A stretch of DNA of 64,000 bases from positions 20,030 to 84,029 of the forward strand of contig CAAFGE010000018.1 in assembly GCA_900762355.1 (NCBI GenBank). The letters are read 5' to 3'. The position numbers were made by a program, and so were the translations under genes. This document shows positions 1-10,957 of this stretch, piece after piece. The notes under the pieces were generated by a model. It worked only from the letters and a program-made list of their open reading frames with translations. It was not told the origin of the DNA and searched no databases. Origin of the DNA: an uncultured Collinsella sp. (GTDB lineage Bacteria > Actinomycetota > Coriobacteriia > Coriobacteriales > Coriobacteriaceae). Every line of letters starts with the position of its first letter. Positions within the stretch are counted from its first letter, which is position 1.

Positions 1-502
1 CGCCGCGCTCGGAGCGCGCGTACACATAAACGCTACCCTGGACCACCAGTACGTGCACCATCGCATCGGGGTCGTGCATTTGAACCTTTTTATCGGGGAA
101 GGCCTCACACAACACCTCGCCCACCTGACGATTGATGTCAATCGAGGTGAGCTCATAGTCGGTATTGGAGCGCTTAGCGTGCACCTTAAACGAATCGAAG
201 GAACCAAACTCGCGCAGCGCCTTGACGGCGGCGGCGCAGTACTCCTGCGGGTCGCGGTTGGTGTGATACGCCAAAGACACACGAGCAACGCCGGGAACGG
301 TGCGAATGACACGCGCCGCATCATCGGCCTGATGCTCGTTAAAGGTCACGAGGATATAACCGGAAATTCGAGACACGGCGTTCACGGAAAAGGCGGCCAA
401 AGCCGCCTTAATGTTATCCATGAGGATATGCTCAAAATGTGCGCGGTTCTTGCCCTTCAGTCCAACCTCGTGATAGTGGACCAGGCAGACGCGAGCCGCC
501 AT
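1..502 (-). CDS. thiI: tRNA sulfurtransferase ThiI, N-terminal THUMP-domain part; gene runs off the left edge of the window
   Basis: Reverse-complement translation of 1..502 is an open frame, MAARVCLVHYHEVGLKGKNRAHFEHILMDNIKAAL..., matching the ThiI N-terminus (LxRYGEIALKGKNR). Its ATG directly follows the rpoZ stop (TAAATG). Not in the ORF track because there is no stop inside the window. Confidence 0.7.
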   Translation of the reverse strand, partial: MAARVCLVHYHEVGLKGKNRAHFEHILMDNIKAALAAFSVNAVSRISGYILVTFNEHQADDAARVIRTVPGVARVSLAYHTNRDPQEYCAAAVKALREFGSFDSFKVHAKRSNTDYELTSIDINRQVGEVLCEAFPDKKVQMHDPDAMVHVLVVQGSVYVYARSERG

Positions 503-784
503 TTAGGCTTCAGCAACCTTGTGGCCGAGCGCCTTCTCGTAACGGGCCTCGTCGTAAGAGATGTCGCCGTCGACAATCTCGTCCATAGCCATCGAGATGG
601 TATCGGCACCGGAAAGCCCGATGGTGATGTCATCGACATCCTGGACGGCAAGCACGCGGTTGTGCTGGCCACGCAGCATGCTATTGATGTCGCAGGCGCG
701 CTTGGAGGCAAGCGAAGCGAGCAGGAAGCGGTTGTGATCGGTCTTCTCCAGAAGATCGTCAATGCAAGGCTTTACAACGGACAC
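503..784 (-). CDS. rpoZ: DNA-directed RNA polymerase subunit omega
   Basis: 93 aa; DDLLEKTDHNRFLLASLASKRACDIN matches the omega-subunit core motif; lies downstream of gmk as is typical in Actinobacteria. Confidence 0.8.
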   Translation of the reverse strand: MSVVKPCIDDLLEKTDHNRFLLASLASKRACDINSMLRGQHNRVLAVQDVDDITIGLSGADTISMAMDEIVDGDISYDEARYEKALGHKVAEA

Positions 785-789
785 GGACC

Positions 790-1359
790 TCAGATCCTTT
801 CATGCATATCGAGAACGCGAACGAGCTCATCGGTCGCGCGGTCGAGATCGTCATTAACCACGACGTCGTCGTAGCGGTCGGCAAGGGCAAGCTCATCGGC
901 GGCGTTTGCCATACGCAGCTCAATCGTCTCGGGCGTCTCGGTACCGCGACCGACTAGACGCTCGCGGAGCACCTCAAGCGAAGGCGGCTTGATAAAGATC
1001 AGCACGGCCTCGGGGAAACGCTCCTTCACCTGCAGGGCGCCCTGGACATCGATCTCCAAAATCAGAGACGAACCAGAGGCGAGCTTGGACTGGACCTCGC
1101 TCACCAACGTGCCGTAGCAGTTACCGTGGACCTCGGCCCACTCAACAAACTCACCGTTTGCCACGCGGCGGTCGAACTCCTCGCGCGTCAGAAAAAAGTA
1201 GTTGACGCCGTCGACCTCACCTTTGCGTGGTGCTCGCGTGGTAGCCGAAACCGTCAGGCCCAGGTTCGAGCGGCGCTCGCGCACACGAGTGACGAGCGTA
1301 CCCTTGCCTGCGCCTGACGGTCCAGAAATCACAAAGAGCTTGGAATCCTGAGCGCTCAC
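790..1359 (-). CDS. gmk: guanylate kinase
   Basis: 189 aa; P-loop GPSGAGKGT; full-length similarity to Gmk. Confidence 0.9.
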   Translation of the reverse strand: MSAQDSKLFVISGPSGAGKGTLVTRVRERRSNLGLTVSATTRAPRKGEVDGVNYFFLTREEFDRRVANGEFVEWAEVHGNCYGTLVSEVQSKLASGSSLILEIDVQGALQVKERFPEAVLIFIKPPSLEVLRERLVGRGTETPETIELRMANAADELALADRYDDVVVNDDLDRATDELVRVLDMHERI

Positions 1360-1668
1360 TTATTTGGTCAGCTGCTCGAGGAGCTGCTCGCGCTGACGGA
1401 CGCCGAGGCCCTGGACGCGACGGGTAGCGGAGATACCGAGCTCCTCCATGATCTTGGCGGCCTTGGCCTTGCCATAACCAGGAAGAGACTCGATGAGGGT
1501 GGAAACCTTCATGCGGGAAGCGATGGGGTCATCGGAGTTGAGCACGGACTCGAGGGACTTCTCGCCCTTCTTGATCTGCTCGCGAAGCTCAGCGCGGGCG
1601 TGACGTGCGGCAGCAGCCTTCTCAAGAGCCTGCTTGCGCTGCTCATCGGTAAGCTGAGGGAGTGCCAT
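1360..1668 (-). CDS. mihF: integration host factor MihF (actinobacterial type)
   Basis: MALPQLTDEQRKQALEKAAAARHARAEL... matches mIHF. Conserved position between pyrF and gmk. ATG at 1668 preceded by GGAGG; the ORF track extends to a TTG at 1680. Confidence 0.8.
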   Translation of the reverse strand: MALPQLTDEQRKQALEKAAAARHARAELREQIKKGEKSLESVLNSDDPIASRMKVSTLIESLPGYGKAKAAKIMEELGISATRRVQGLGVRQREQLLEQLTK

Positions 1669-1907
1669 TCGTACCTCCAAAAAGTTGGGTTATATCTGAT
1701 TCAATAATTGGCATTTTAGCACGTAGAACGTACAAAATGCCCAATCGCGGCTCCATAGGTTAGACGATACCCGCAAAAAGTGCAATATACTGCGCCCAAA
1801 GTTAAGCCCCTGACCTGCGATTCCACACAAAGGATGGGAAAGTTTACGCAGGCACAGGGGCTATTTTGTGCTAATGAGACCCAAAAGTGGTGACTTAGGG
1901 GAATCTT

Positions 1908-2624
1908 TTAGGCGACGTTTTCGACCAGCTCAGCGACAATAGCGTCAAAGGCGGCAACCGGATCGTCGGCGCCGGTGATGGGACGGCCCACCACAATGTG
2001 GCTTGCGCCACGCTCGATAGCCTGGGAAGGCGTCGCCACGCGGGACTGGTCACCAAGGGCGGCACCCACCGGACGCACACCCGGAGTCACGATCAGGGCA
2101 TCGGGACCCAGCAGCTCACGCATGTCGTGAGCCTCCATCGGCGAGCACACGATACCGTCGATGCCGTTGGCCTGAGCGAGCTTTGCCAGGCGGGCGGCCT
2201 CCTCGGCCACGGGCGACTCGACGCCGATCTCGCTCAAGGCATCCTGGTTCATGCTCGTGAGCACGGTGATGGCGACGAGCTTGGCGCGGTCCTCGCGCGC
2301 CTCCTCGGCGCCCTCGCGGCAGGCAGCGAGCATGGCGCCCGAACCCAAGCCGTGGACCGAAAGCAGATCGGCACCGGCAAGCGAGGCCGAGCGGGCGGCA
2401 CCGCGAACCTGATGCGGAATATCATGAAACTTAAGGTCAAGAAAGACCTTAAAGCCCAGGTCCTTAAAGGTCTTGACGATCTGGGGACCCTCGGCGTAAT
2501 AGAGCGTCATGCCAACCTTGAGCCAGGCGGCATGGCCCGAAAGCTCGTGGGCAAGCTCGAGCGCACGCTCACGGTCGCAGTCGAGGGCGACGATAACACG
2601 GTCGCGGGCATCGGTCTCTAGCAT
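1908..2624 (-). CDS. pyrF: orotidine 5'-phosphate decarboxylase
   Basis: 238 aa; VIVALDCD...KVG...FLDLKFHDIP OMP-decarboxylase motifs. Confidence 0.9.
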   Translation of the reverse strand: MLETDARDRVIVALDCDRERALELAHELSGHAAWLKVGMTLYYAEGPQIVKTFKDLGFKVFLDLKFHDIPHQVRGAARSASLAGADLLSVHGLGSGAMLAACREGAEEAREDRAKLVAITVLTSMNQDALSEIGVESPVAEEAARLAKLAQANGIDGIVCSPMEAHDMRELLGPDALIVTPGVRPVGAALGDQSRVATPSQAIERGASHIVVGRPITGADDPVAAFDAIVAELVENVA

Positions 2625-3526
2625 TCGAAAGCACCCACCAGCTCGTTGATGTCCTTTACGCCCTGGGACTCGGCCCAGGCCTCGAGCTCATGCGCGATCT
2701 TAAGCGAAGCACACGGATCGACGAAGTTGGCCATGCCGACCGACACGCAGGTGGCGCCGGCCAGGATAAACTCAGCCGCATCCTCGCCAGTCATGACACC
2801 GCCGACACCGTTGATGGGGATATCGACGGCCTGGGCAACCTCCCAGACCATGCGCACGGCGATGTGGTGGCAAAGCGGACCCGAAAGGCCGCCCTTGGGC
2901 TTGGCCACGCGGGACTTGCGGGTATGAACATCGATGGCCATGCCTTGGATGGAGTTAATGACCGAAAGGCCGTCGGCTCCCGCGGCCTCGAGAGCCTTGG
3001 CAATCTCGGCGACGTTGACCGGTGCCATCTTCACGAACAGCGGTTTATCGGTCACCTTGCGGCAGGCAGCCATAACGGAAGAGGCGCCCTCGGGCGTGGA
3101 GCCCATAGCGGCACCGCCGGCGGCGATATTAGGGCAGCTCACGTTGATCTCGTAGCCGGCAGCCCAGGGGCACAGCTCGACATACATCTCGAGTGCGCGG
3201 ACAAACTCGTCAACGGAGTGGCCGGCAACCTGACAGATGACCTGGCAGCCGTCCTTCGACAGCTGTTCGAGCCACGGACCGGACTCGCGGGCAAAGGCGG
3301 CCACGCCGGGGTTCTGAAGGCCCACGGAGTTGATCATGCCGCCGGGAATCTCGGCCATACGGGGCGCGGGGTTGCCGGGCCAGGGCTCGGCAGCGCAACC
3401 CTTGGTGGTGATGGCACCCAGCTGGGAAACATCAAAGAAGTTCTGGAACTGCCAACCGTAGCCAAAGGTACCGGCTGCGGTGTTGATGGGGTTCTGCATC
3501 TTGACGCCGCCGAAATCGACGGCCAT
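2618..3526 (-). CDS. pyrD: dihydroorotate dehydrogenase, class 1B catalytic subunit
   Basis: MAVDFGGVKMQNPINTAAGTFGYG... aligns with the B. subtilis PyrD N-terminus. Start taken at the internal ATG (3526), not the ORF-track extension to 3589. Confidence 0.9.
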   Translation of the reverse strand: MAVDFGGVKMQNPINTAAGTFGYGWQFQNFFDVSQLGAITTKGCAAEPWPGNPAPRMAEIPGGMINSVGLQNPGVAAFARESGPWLEQLSKDGCQVICQVAGHSVDEFVRALEMYVELCPWAAGYEINVSCPNIAAGGAAMGSTPEGASSVMAACRKVTDKPLFVKMAPVNVAEIAKALEAAGADGLSVINSIQGMAIDVHTRKSRVAKPKGGLSGPLCHHIAVRMVWEVAQAVDIPINGVGGVMTGEDAAEFILAGATCVSVGMANFVDPCASLKIAHELEAWAESQGVKDINELVGAFEC

Positions 3527-3540
3527 GTTCACGGTACCCA

Positions 3541-4332
3541 CTAGAAGACCACCACCTTGGAAGCATCGAACACGGGGCCGCACATGCAAGCACCCTTCAT
3601 ACCGTCAACCGTCTCGACATTGCAGGTGTTGCAGGCGCCAAAGCCGCAGCTCATCATGCGCTCGAGCGACACCTCGCAGTACGCACCGGCCTCGGCGGCA
3701 GCGGCGGCGACCTTCTTCATCATGACGGCGGGACCGCAGCTGGCGACGTAGTCGTAGCCGCCCTCGCCGAGCAGCTCGGCTGCCGGGTCGGTGCAAAAAC
3801 CGTGCGTGCCCAGCGTGCCATCGTCGGTGCACACGTTAACCGTGGCGCCCAGCGCGCGGAACTCGTCGATGCCCACGGCTTTGGAAGCGGTGCCAAAGCC
3901 CAGGCACGCGTCCACATCAACACCCTGCTCGGCAAGCATACCGGCAAGACACAGCACAGGCGGAACGCCGATGCCGCCCGCCACGAGCAACGCCTTCCTG
4001 GTGCCCTCGGGAACAAGCCAGCCACGGCCGCCAGGGCCCAGCAGATTAGAGGTGGAACCGGGAGCCATCTGCGACAGACGACGGGTGTCGTCGCCCACGA
4101 CGGCGTACCACAGCTCGACGGTGCCGGCCTGGGCGTCAGCGCGATAGAAGCTCAGGGGCACGCGAAGCAGCGAGGACGCATCGCCGGGTACGGCAATGTT
4201 CACAAACTGACCGGGCTTGAGCGCACTTGCAAGCTTGGGGGCCGAAATGACGAGCGAGAAGATGCCGTCGGCGATCTCCTGGTTCGAGACGACCTCGAAG
4301 TCGTGCATGCGTGCAGTGGAAGGTGTGGGCAT
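3541..4332 (-). CDS. pyrK: dihydroorotate dehydrogenase electron-transfer subunit (FAD/2Fe-2S)
   Basis: VVSNQEIADGIF..., C-terminal CGFGACNTC cysteine cluster. ATG at 4332 has an upstream GGAG; alternative ATG at 4308. Confidence 0.85.
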   Translation of the reverse strand: MPTPSTARMHDFEVVSNQEIADGIFSLVISAPKLASALKPGQFVNIAVPGDASSLLRVPLSFYRADAQAGTVELWYAVVGDDTRRLSQMAPGSTSNLLGPGGRGWLVPEGTRKALLVAGGIGVPPVLCLAGMLAEQGVDVDACLGFGTASKAVGIDEFRALGATVNVCTDDGTLGTHGFCTDPAAELLGEGGYDYVASCGPAVMMKKVAAAAAEAGAYCEVSLERMMSCGFGACNTCNVETVDGMKGACMCGPVFDASKVVVF

Positions 4333-4424
4333 AGACGCTCCAATCCCCCATGCGGTTGCATGGTCCAAACGAACAGAAAGCGCGGCACCGCAAGGGCACC
4401 GCGCACAAAAGCGATAAGGCTATG

Positions 4425-5697
4425 CTAGCAGATGCAGCCGTCGGCGAGCGTCTGCTTGCCACCGACAAATACATCGGTGGCACGACCGGTGAGCGTACGG
4501 CCGGCAAAACCGGAGTTCTCGGCGCGCGACTCGTAGCCGTCCTCGCCGACCGTCCAGGTTGCAGCGGGATCGAACACGGTCAGGTCGGCAACGGAGCCTG
4601 CCTTAACCTGAACCTGGTCGAGGCCCAGGATCTCACGCGGCTTGATGGCCATGAGCTCGACCATGCGGCCCATGCTCATCTTGCCCGTGTTGACCAGCTC
4701 GGTGAGCACGAGCGACAGCGAGGTCTCGAGGCCGATCATGCCAAAGGGTGCGAGCTCGAACTCGCGGGCCTTCTCCCACGGGGTGTGCGGAGCGTGATCG
4801 GTAACGATCACGTCGACGGTACCGTCGATGACGCCCTGACGAATGGCCTCGGCGTCCTCGTCGGTGCGCAGCGGCGGATTGACCTTGAGCGAGGTGTTGT
4901 AGGTCTCGTCCAAGTCGTTCTCGGTCAGGAACATGTGGTGCGGGGTGGCCTCGCAGGTCACCTGGACACCGGCGGCCTTACCGGCACGCACGAGCTCGAG
5001 ACCGTGAGCGGTGGAGATGTGCTGGATGTGCAGCTTGGCACCGGTCAGCTTGGCGATCTCGATGTCGCGGGCGATCTGAAGCTCCTCGCCGGCGGCCGGC
5101 CAGCCCTCGAGGGCCAGACGGGTCGAGACCTTGCCCTCGTTGATCTGGCCGTGGCCGACTAGATCCTCGTCCTGGCAGTGGCTCATAAAGACCTTGCCGA
5201 ACATCTTGCCGTAGTCCATGCAGCGGCGGAGCATGCCCGCGCCCTGCACGCCGCGACCGTCGTCGGTGAAGGCGACGGCGCCGTGGGCGACCATATCGCC
5301 CATCTCGGACATGGCCTCGCCCTTAAGACCGCGGGTCATAGCGCCCGACGGATAGACGCGGCAGTGACCGACCTCGGCAGCACGGGACTTAACGAACTCC
5401 ACGACGGTACCGTTATCGGTAACGGGATCGGTGTTGGGCATGGAGCACACGCCGGTAAAGCCGCCCTTTGCAGCTGCGCGGGTGCCGCTCTCGATGTCCT
5501 CTTTGACCTCGTAGCCGGGCTCGCGAAGGTGAACGTGCATATCCACCAGGCCGGGGACGAGGTACTTGCCGGAAAGGTCGCGGACCTCGGCTCCCTCGAC
5601 GGCGAGATTCTCGCCGACCTCGGCGATCTTGTCGCCGTCAATCAGGACGTCAACGACACCGTCAAGCTCGACGGACGGGTCGACGACGTGGGCATTC

Positions 5698-5714
<17 letters not shown>
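4425..5714 (-). CDS. pyrC: dihydroorotase
   Basis: MALLLKNAHVVDP...DMHVHLREPG metal-binding motif. ATG at 5714 with GGAGG 9 nt upstream; overlaps the pyrB 3' end. Confidence 0.9.
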
Positions 5715-7243
<1,529 letters not shown>

Positions 7244-7484
7244 TCACATGTCTTGACTGCTGACACAGTCAAAAAAATAGATGCCCGACCGCTCAAAGCG
7301 GACCAGACACCCACAGGAAGGGCTGCTCTTTGGCAGCTATATAATTCCATGTGGGTATCTCGTACCCCTTTAATGGTCAAGGGATAGTGTAGCCAACCTC
7401 GAGCTTAATTGCGAGCATAAATACAGAGCAATCCGTAAACGGAGCCCAATGCTCCATAAACCTATATATATTTGTGGGACGAGC

Positions 7485-7513
7485 TTGAAAACACACGCAC
7501 GAGCTGGCATAAT
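7485..7513 (+). promoter_or_regulatory. candidate sigma-A promoter for rpmB (TTGAAA-17-CATAAT)
   Basis: Hexamers read from sequence about 170 nt upstream of the rpmB start; sequence-only prediction. Confidence 0.3.
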
Positions 7514-7682
7514 CCCCTCTGCTGCACGCAAATCGGATCTACGTCCAGGGCCGTAGCGTGGGCACTATCGCCAAAAGAGGAATATCTCTGTGTAGATTGC
7601 GCACAGGGAGCGACTTCTGTGCTATAGTTCAGGCTTGTTTGTTAACGCGACATGTTCGTTTGTCGCCCAAGGAGGGTCAGTT

Positions 7683-7871
7683 ATGTCCAAAGTTTGCGAA
7701 GTTTGCGGTAAGCACCCCGTTGCCGGTCGCTCCATCAGCCACTCTCACCGCGTCACCAACCGTAAGTTCCGCCCCAACATCCAGCGCGTGTACGTCGTCG
7801 TCGATGGTCACCGTCGCAAGATGAACGTTTGCTCCACCTGCCTCAAGTCCGGCAAGGTTGCGCGCTCCTAA
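7683..7871 (+). CDS. rpmB: 50S ribosomal protein L28
   Basis: MSKVCEVCGKHPVAGRSISHSHRVTNRKFRPNIQRV...; AAGGAGGG 6 nt upstream of the ATG; first 16 codons of the ORF-track entry are non-coding extension. Confidence 0.9.
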   Translation: MSKVCEVCGKHPVAGRSISHSHRVTNRKFRPNIQRVYVVVDGHRRKMNVCSTCLKSGKVARS

Positions 7872-7930
7872 ATAAGGTCTTACCAACAAGTACCTCGGAC
7901 TCTCCGGGTCAAAGACCTCGCGTTCATATA

Positions 7931-7963
7931 GAACTTACCAAAGGCGCCCTCCCCTACGGAGGG
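7931..7963 (+). terminator. rho-independent terminator after rpmB
   Basis: GGCGCCCTCC-cctac-GGAGGGCGCC perfect 10-bp stem followed by TTTTT. Confidence 0.75.
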
Positions 7964-8096
7964 CGCCTTTTTGCACTCATTGGGGACGGATTTAAATGAG
8001 TGTTTGCGAATGTCAAAGGGATCGTAGCCCAGCTGATATGCCTTGTAGTTTGACCTGCGCCCAATAATTGAGGCGATGCGGCAGGCGGATTGTTTT

Positions 8097-8124
8097 GTTA
8101 AAACGCTTCAGTATATTGAAGCGT
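8097..8124. promoter_or_regulatory. perfect palindrome AAAACGCTTCA-gtatat-TGAAGCGTTTT about 100 bp upstream of adhE
   Basis: 11-bp arms with an AT spacer, seen in sequence; candidate operator or attenuator hairpin. Confidence 0.35.
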
Positions 8125-8171
8125 TTTAGTGTGCCTTTTAGAGGAATCTGACCGTTCGCCGAATAATTTCT

Positions 8172-8200
8172 TGCTATCATGCAAGGCGTAGGGTAAATCT
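8172..8200 (+). promoter_or_regulatory. candidate adhE promoter (TTGCTA-17-TAAATC)
   Basis: Hexamers read from sequence about 45 nt upstream of the adhE ATG; prediction only. Confidence 0.3.
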
Positions 8201-8220
8201 CCGATCGCAAGGAGACACAA

Positions 8221-10869
8221 ATGGTGAAAAAGTCACCGGAAAACACTACTCCCGCAATTGTGGACAACGTAGAGGCGCTTGAGGCTAAGCTCGCTCAGAT
8301 GCGAGAGGCCCAGGCGCTTTTTGCTACGTACACGCAGGAGCAGGTCGACAAGATCTTCTATGAGGCCGCCATGGCCGCCAACAAGGCTCGTATCCCGTTG
8401 GCGAAGATGGCCATCGAGGAGACCGGCCGCGGCGTTCTTGAGGACAAGGTCATCAAGAACCACTACGCCGCAGAGTACATCTACAACGCTTACAAGAACA
8501 CCAAGACCTGTGGCGTTCTGGAGCGCGACGAGGCTTACGGCATCACCAAGATCGCCGAGCCCATCGGCATCGTGGGTGCCGTCATCCCGACGACCAACCC
8601 CACCTCCACCGCGATCTTCAAGACGCTGATCAGCCTGAAGACCCGCAACGCCATCATCATCTCCCCGCACCCGGCAGCCGCCAAGTGCACCATCGCCGCC
8701 GCCAAGCTCGTGCTTGACGCCGCCGTCAAGGCCGGCGCCCCCGAGGGCATCATCGGCTGGGTCGATGTCCCCTCCATCGAGCTGACCAACATGGTCATGC
8801 GCGACGTCGACATCATCCTCGCCACCGGTGGCCCGGGCATGGTCAAGGCCGCCTACTCCTCGGGCAAGCCCGCCCTGGGCGTTGGCGCCGGTAACACCCC
8901 GGTCGTCATCGACGACACCGCCGACGTTCTGCTCGCCGTCAACTCCATCATCCACTCCAAGACCTTCGACAACGGCATGATCTGCGCTTCCGAGCAGTCC
9001 GTGACCGTCATCGACACCATCTATGACCAGGTTAAGGCCGAGTTCCAGAAGCGCGGCTGCTACTTCGTCAAGCAGGGTGCCGAGATGGAGGCCCTGCGTG
9101 CCGCCATGTTCAAGAACGGTGCCCTCGATCACCGCATCCCCGGCATGGCTGCCGCCAAGATCGCCGAGCTCGCCGGCATCGAGGTTCCTGCCAAGACCAA
9201 GATCCTGATCGCCGAGGTCACCTCCACCGACCCCGCCAAGGAGGAGTTCTCCCACGAGAAGCTCTCCCCGGTCCTGGCCATGTACCACGCCAAGGACTTC
9301 CAGGAGGCCGTCGACAAGGCCGAGCACCTGGTGCTCGCCGGTGGCCCGGGCCACACCGCCTCTCTGTACGTGCACCCCGCCCAGGCCGAGAAGATCAGCC
9401 TGTTCGAGCACGTCATGAAGGCCTGCCGTATCGTCATCAACACCCCGTCCTCGCACGGCGGCATCGGTGACCTGTACAACTTTGGCATGAAGCCGTCTCT
9501 GACCCTGGGCTGCGGCTCCTGGGGCGGCAACTCCGTCTCCGAGAACGTTGGGGTGAAGCACTTGATCAACGTTAAGACTGTGGCCGAGCGCCGTGAGAAC
9601 ATGCTGTGGTTCCGCGCTCCCGAGAAGGTCTACTTCAAGAAGGGTTCCACGCCCGTCGCCCTCGACGAGCTTGGCAACGTCATGGGCAAGAAGCGCGCCT
9701 TCATCGTCACCGACCAGTTCCTCTTCAAGAATGGCAACACCCGCGCCATCGAGGCCAAGCTCGACGAGATGGGCATCGCCCACGACTGCTTCTACGACGT
9801 CGAGCCCGATCCGTCGCTGCAGTGCGCACGTCGCGGCGCCAAGCAGATGGCTCTCTTTGAGCCGGACGTCATCATCGCCGTCGGCGGTGGCTCCGCTATG
9901 GACGCCGGCAAGATCATGTGGATGATGTACGAGCACCCCGAGTGCAAGTTTGAGGACATGGCCATGGACTTCATGGACATCCGCAAGCGTATCTTCACCT
10001 TCCCCGAGATGGGCAAGAAGGCCTACTTCGTCGCCGTCCCGACCTCTTCGGGTACCGGCTCCGAGTGCACGCCGTTCGCCATCATCACCGACAAGGAGAC
10101 CGGCATCAAGTGGCCGCTCGCCGACTACGCGCTGCTCCCCAACATGGCTATCGTCGACGCCGACAACTGCATGACCGCCCCGCGCGGCCTGACCGCTGCC
10201 TCCGGCATCGATGTCATGACCCACGCCATCGAGTCCTACGTCTCCATCATGGCTTCCGACTACACCAAGGGCCTCTCCGAGCGCGCTGCTAAGCTCGTCT
10301 TCGAGAACCTGCCCTCCAGCTTCACGAACGGCGCCAAGGACCCGCACGCCCGCGAGGAGATGCACAACGCCTCCTGCATGGCCGGCATGGCCTTCGCCAA
10401 CGCCTTCCTGGGCCTCAACCACTCCATGGCTCACAAGCTCGGCGCCTTCCATCACCTGCCCCACGGCCTCGCCAACGCCGTCATCCTGACCCGCGTTATG
10501 CGCTACAACGCCGCCGAGGCTCCCGTCAAGATGGGCACGTTCTCCCAGTATCCTTACCCCAACGCGCTGCACAACTACGCCGAGATGGCCAAGTACTGCG
10601 GCATCGAGGGCAAGGACGACAAGGAGGTCTTCGAGAACTTCATCACGAAGCTCGAGGAGCTCAAGGACTTCATCGGTGTCAAGAAGACCATCGCCGACTA
10701 CGGTGTTGACGAGCAGTACTTCCTCGACACCCTCGACGAGATGACCGAGCAGGCATTCAACGACCAGTGCACCGGCGCTAACCCGCGCTACCCGCTCATG
10801 AGCGAGATCAAGGAGCTCTACCTGGACGCCTACTACGGCCGCGAGCCTCAGGACTACGCCGTCTGCTAG
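8221..10869 (+). CDS. adhE: bifunctional acetaldehyde-CoA / alcohol dehydrogenase
   Basis: 882 aa; N-terminal ALDH domain and C-terminal iron-type ADH domain (GGGSAMDAGK); AAGGAGA ribosome-binding site. Confidence 0.95.
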   Translation: MVKKSPENTTPAIVDNVEALEAKLAQMREAQALFATYTQEQVDKIFYEAAMAANKARIPLAKMAIEETGRGVLEDKVIKNHYAAEYIYNAYKNTKTCGVLERDEAYGITKIAEPIGIVGAVIPTTNPTSTAIFKTLISLKTRNAIIISPHPAAAKCTIAAAKLVLDAAVKAGAPEGIIGWVDVPSIELTNMVMRDVDIILATGGPGMVKAAYSSGKPALGVGAGNTPVVIDDTADVLLAVNSIIHSKTFDNGMICASEQSVTVIDTIYDQVKAEFQKRGCYFVKQGAEMEALRAAMFKNGALDHRIPGMAAAKIAELAGIEVPAKTKILIAEVTSTDPAKEEFSHEKLSPVLAMYHAKDFQEAVDKAEHLVLAGGPGHTASLYVHPAQAEKISLFEHVMKACRIVINTPSSHGGIGDLYNFGMKPSLTLGCGSWGGNSVSENVGVKHLINVKTVAERRENMLWFRAPEKVYFKKGSTPVALDELGNVMGKKRAFIVTDQFLFKNGNTRAIEAKLDEMGIAHDCFYDVEPDPSLQCARRGAKQMALFEPDVIIAVGGGSAMDAGKIMWMMYEHPECKFEDMAMDFMDIRKRIFTFPEMGKKAYFVAVPTSSGTGSECTPFAIITDKETGIKWPLADYALLPNMAIVDADNCMTAPRGLTAASGIDVMTHAIESYVSIMASDYTKGLSERAAKLVFENLPSSFTNGAKDPHAREEMHNASCMAGMAFANAFLGLNHSMAHKLGAFHHLPHGLANAVILTRVMRYNAAEAPVKMGTFSQYPYPNALHNYAEMAKYCGIEGKDDKEVFENFITKLEELKDFIGVKKTIADYGVDEQYFLDTLDEMTEQAFNDQCTGANPRYPLMSEIKELYLDAYYGREPQDYAVC

Positions 10870-10888
10870 TTTTAGCACGGTTTTTAAC

Positions 10889-10923
10889 GGCGGGGGTGCA
10901 CGGGTGTTTCACACACCCCCGCC
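10889..10923 (+). terminator. hairpin terminator after adhE
   Basis: GGCGGGGGTG-N15-CACCCCCGCC 10-bp GC stem; weak T tail. Confidence 0.5.
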
Positions 10924-10957
10924 GTCGCTTCTATCGCATCGTTGAAAGGATGCAACC

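Noticed and set aside
7972-7995. GGGGACGGAT near the rpmB terminator as another copy of the REP-like core
   Set aside because: Only 7/11 match to GGGACGGGGAT and no flanking AATGATT stem; probably chance.
8233-10878. 881-aa antisense ORF covering the whole of adhE, and similar long antisense ORFs (12142..14697, 20599..22101, 29198..31330, 32798..34159, 45934..47376, 59051..60772, 53..874)
   Set aside because: Typical stop-codon-poor antisense frames of high-GC DNA. They are Gly/Arg/Ala/Asp-rich low-complexity translations with no homology, and the opposite strand carries strongly conserved housekeeping genes.
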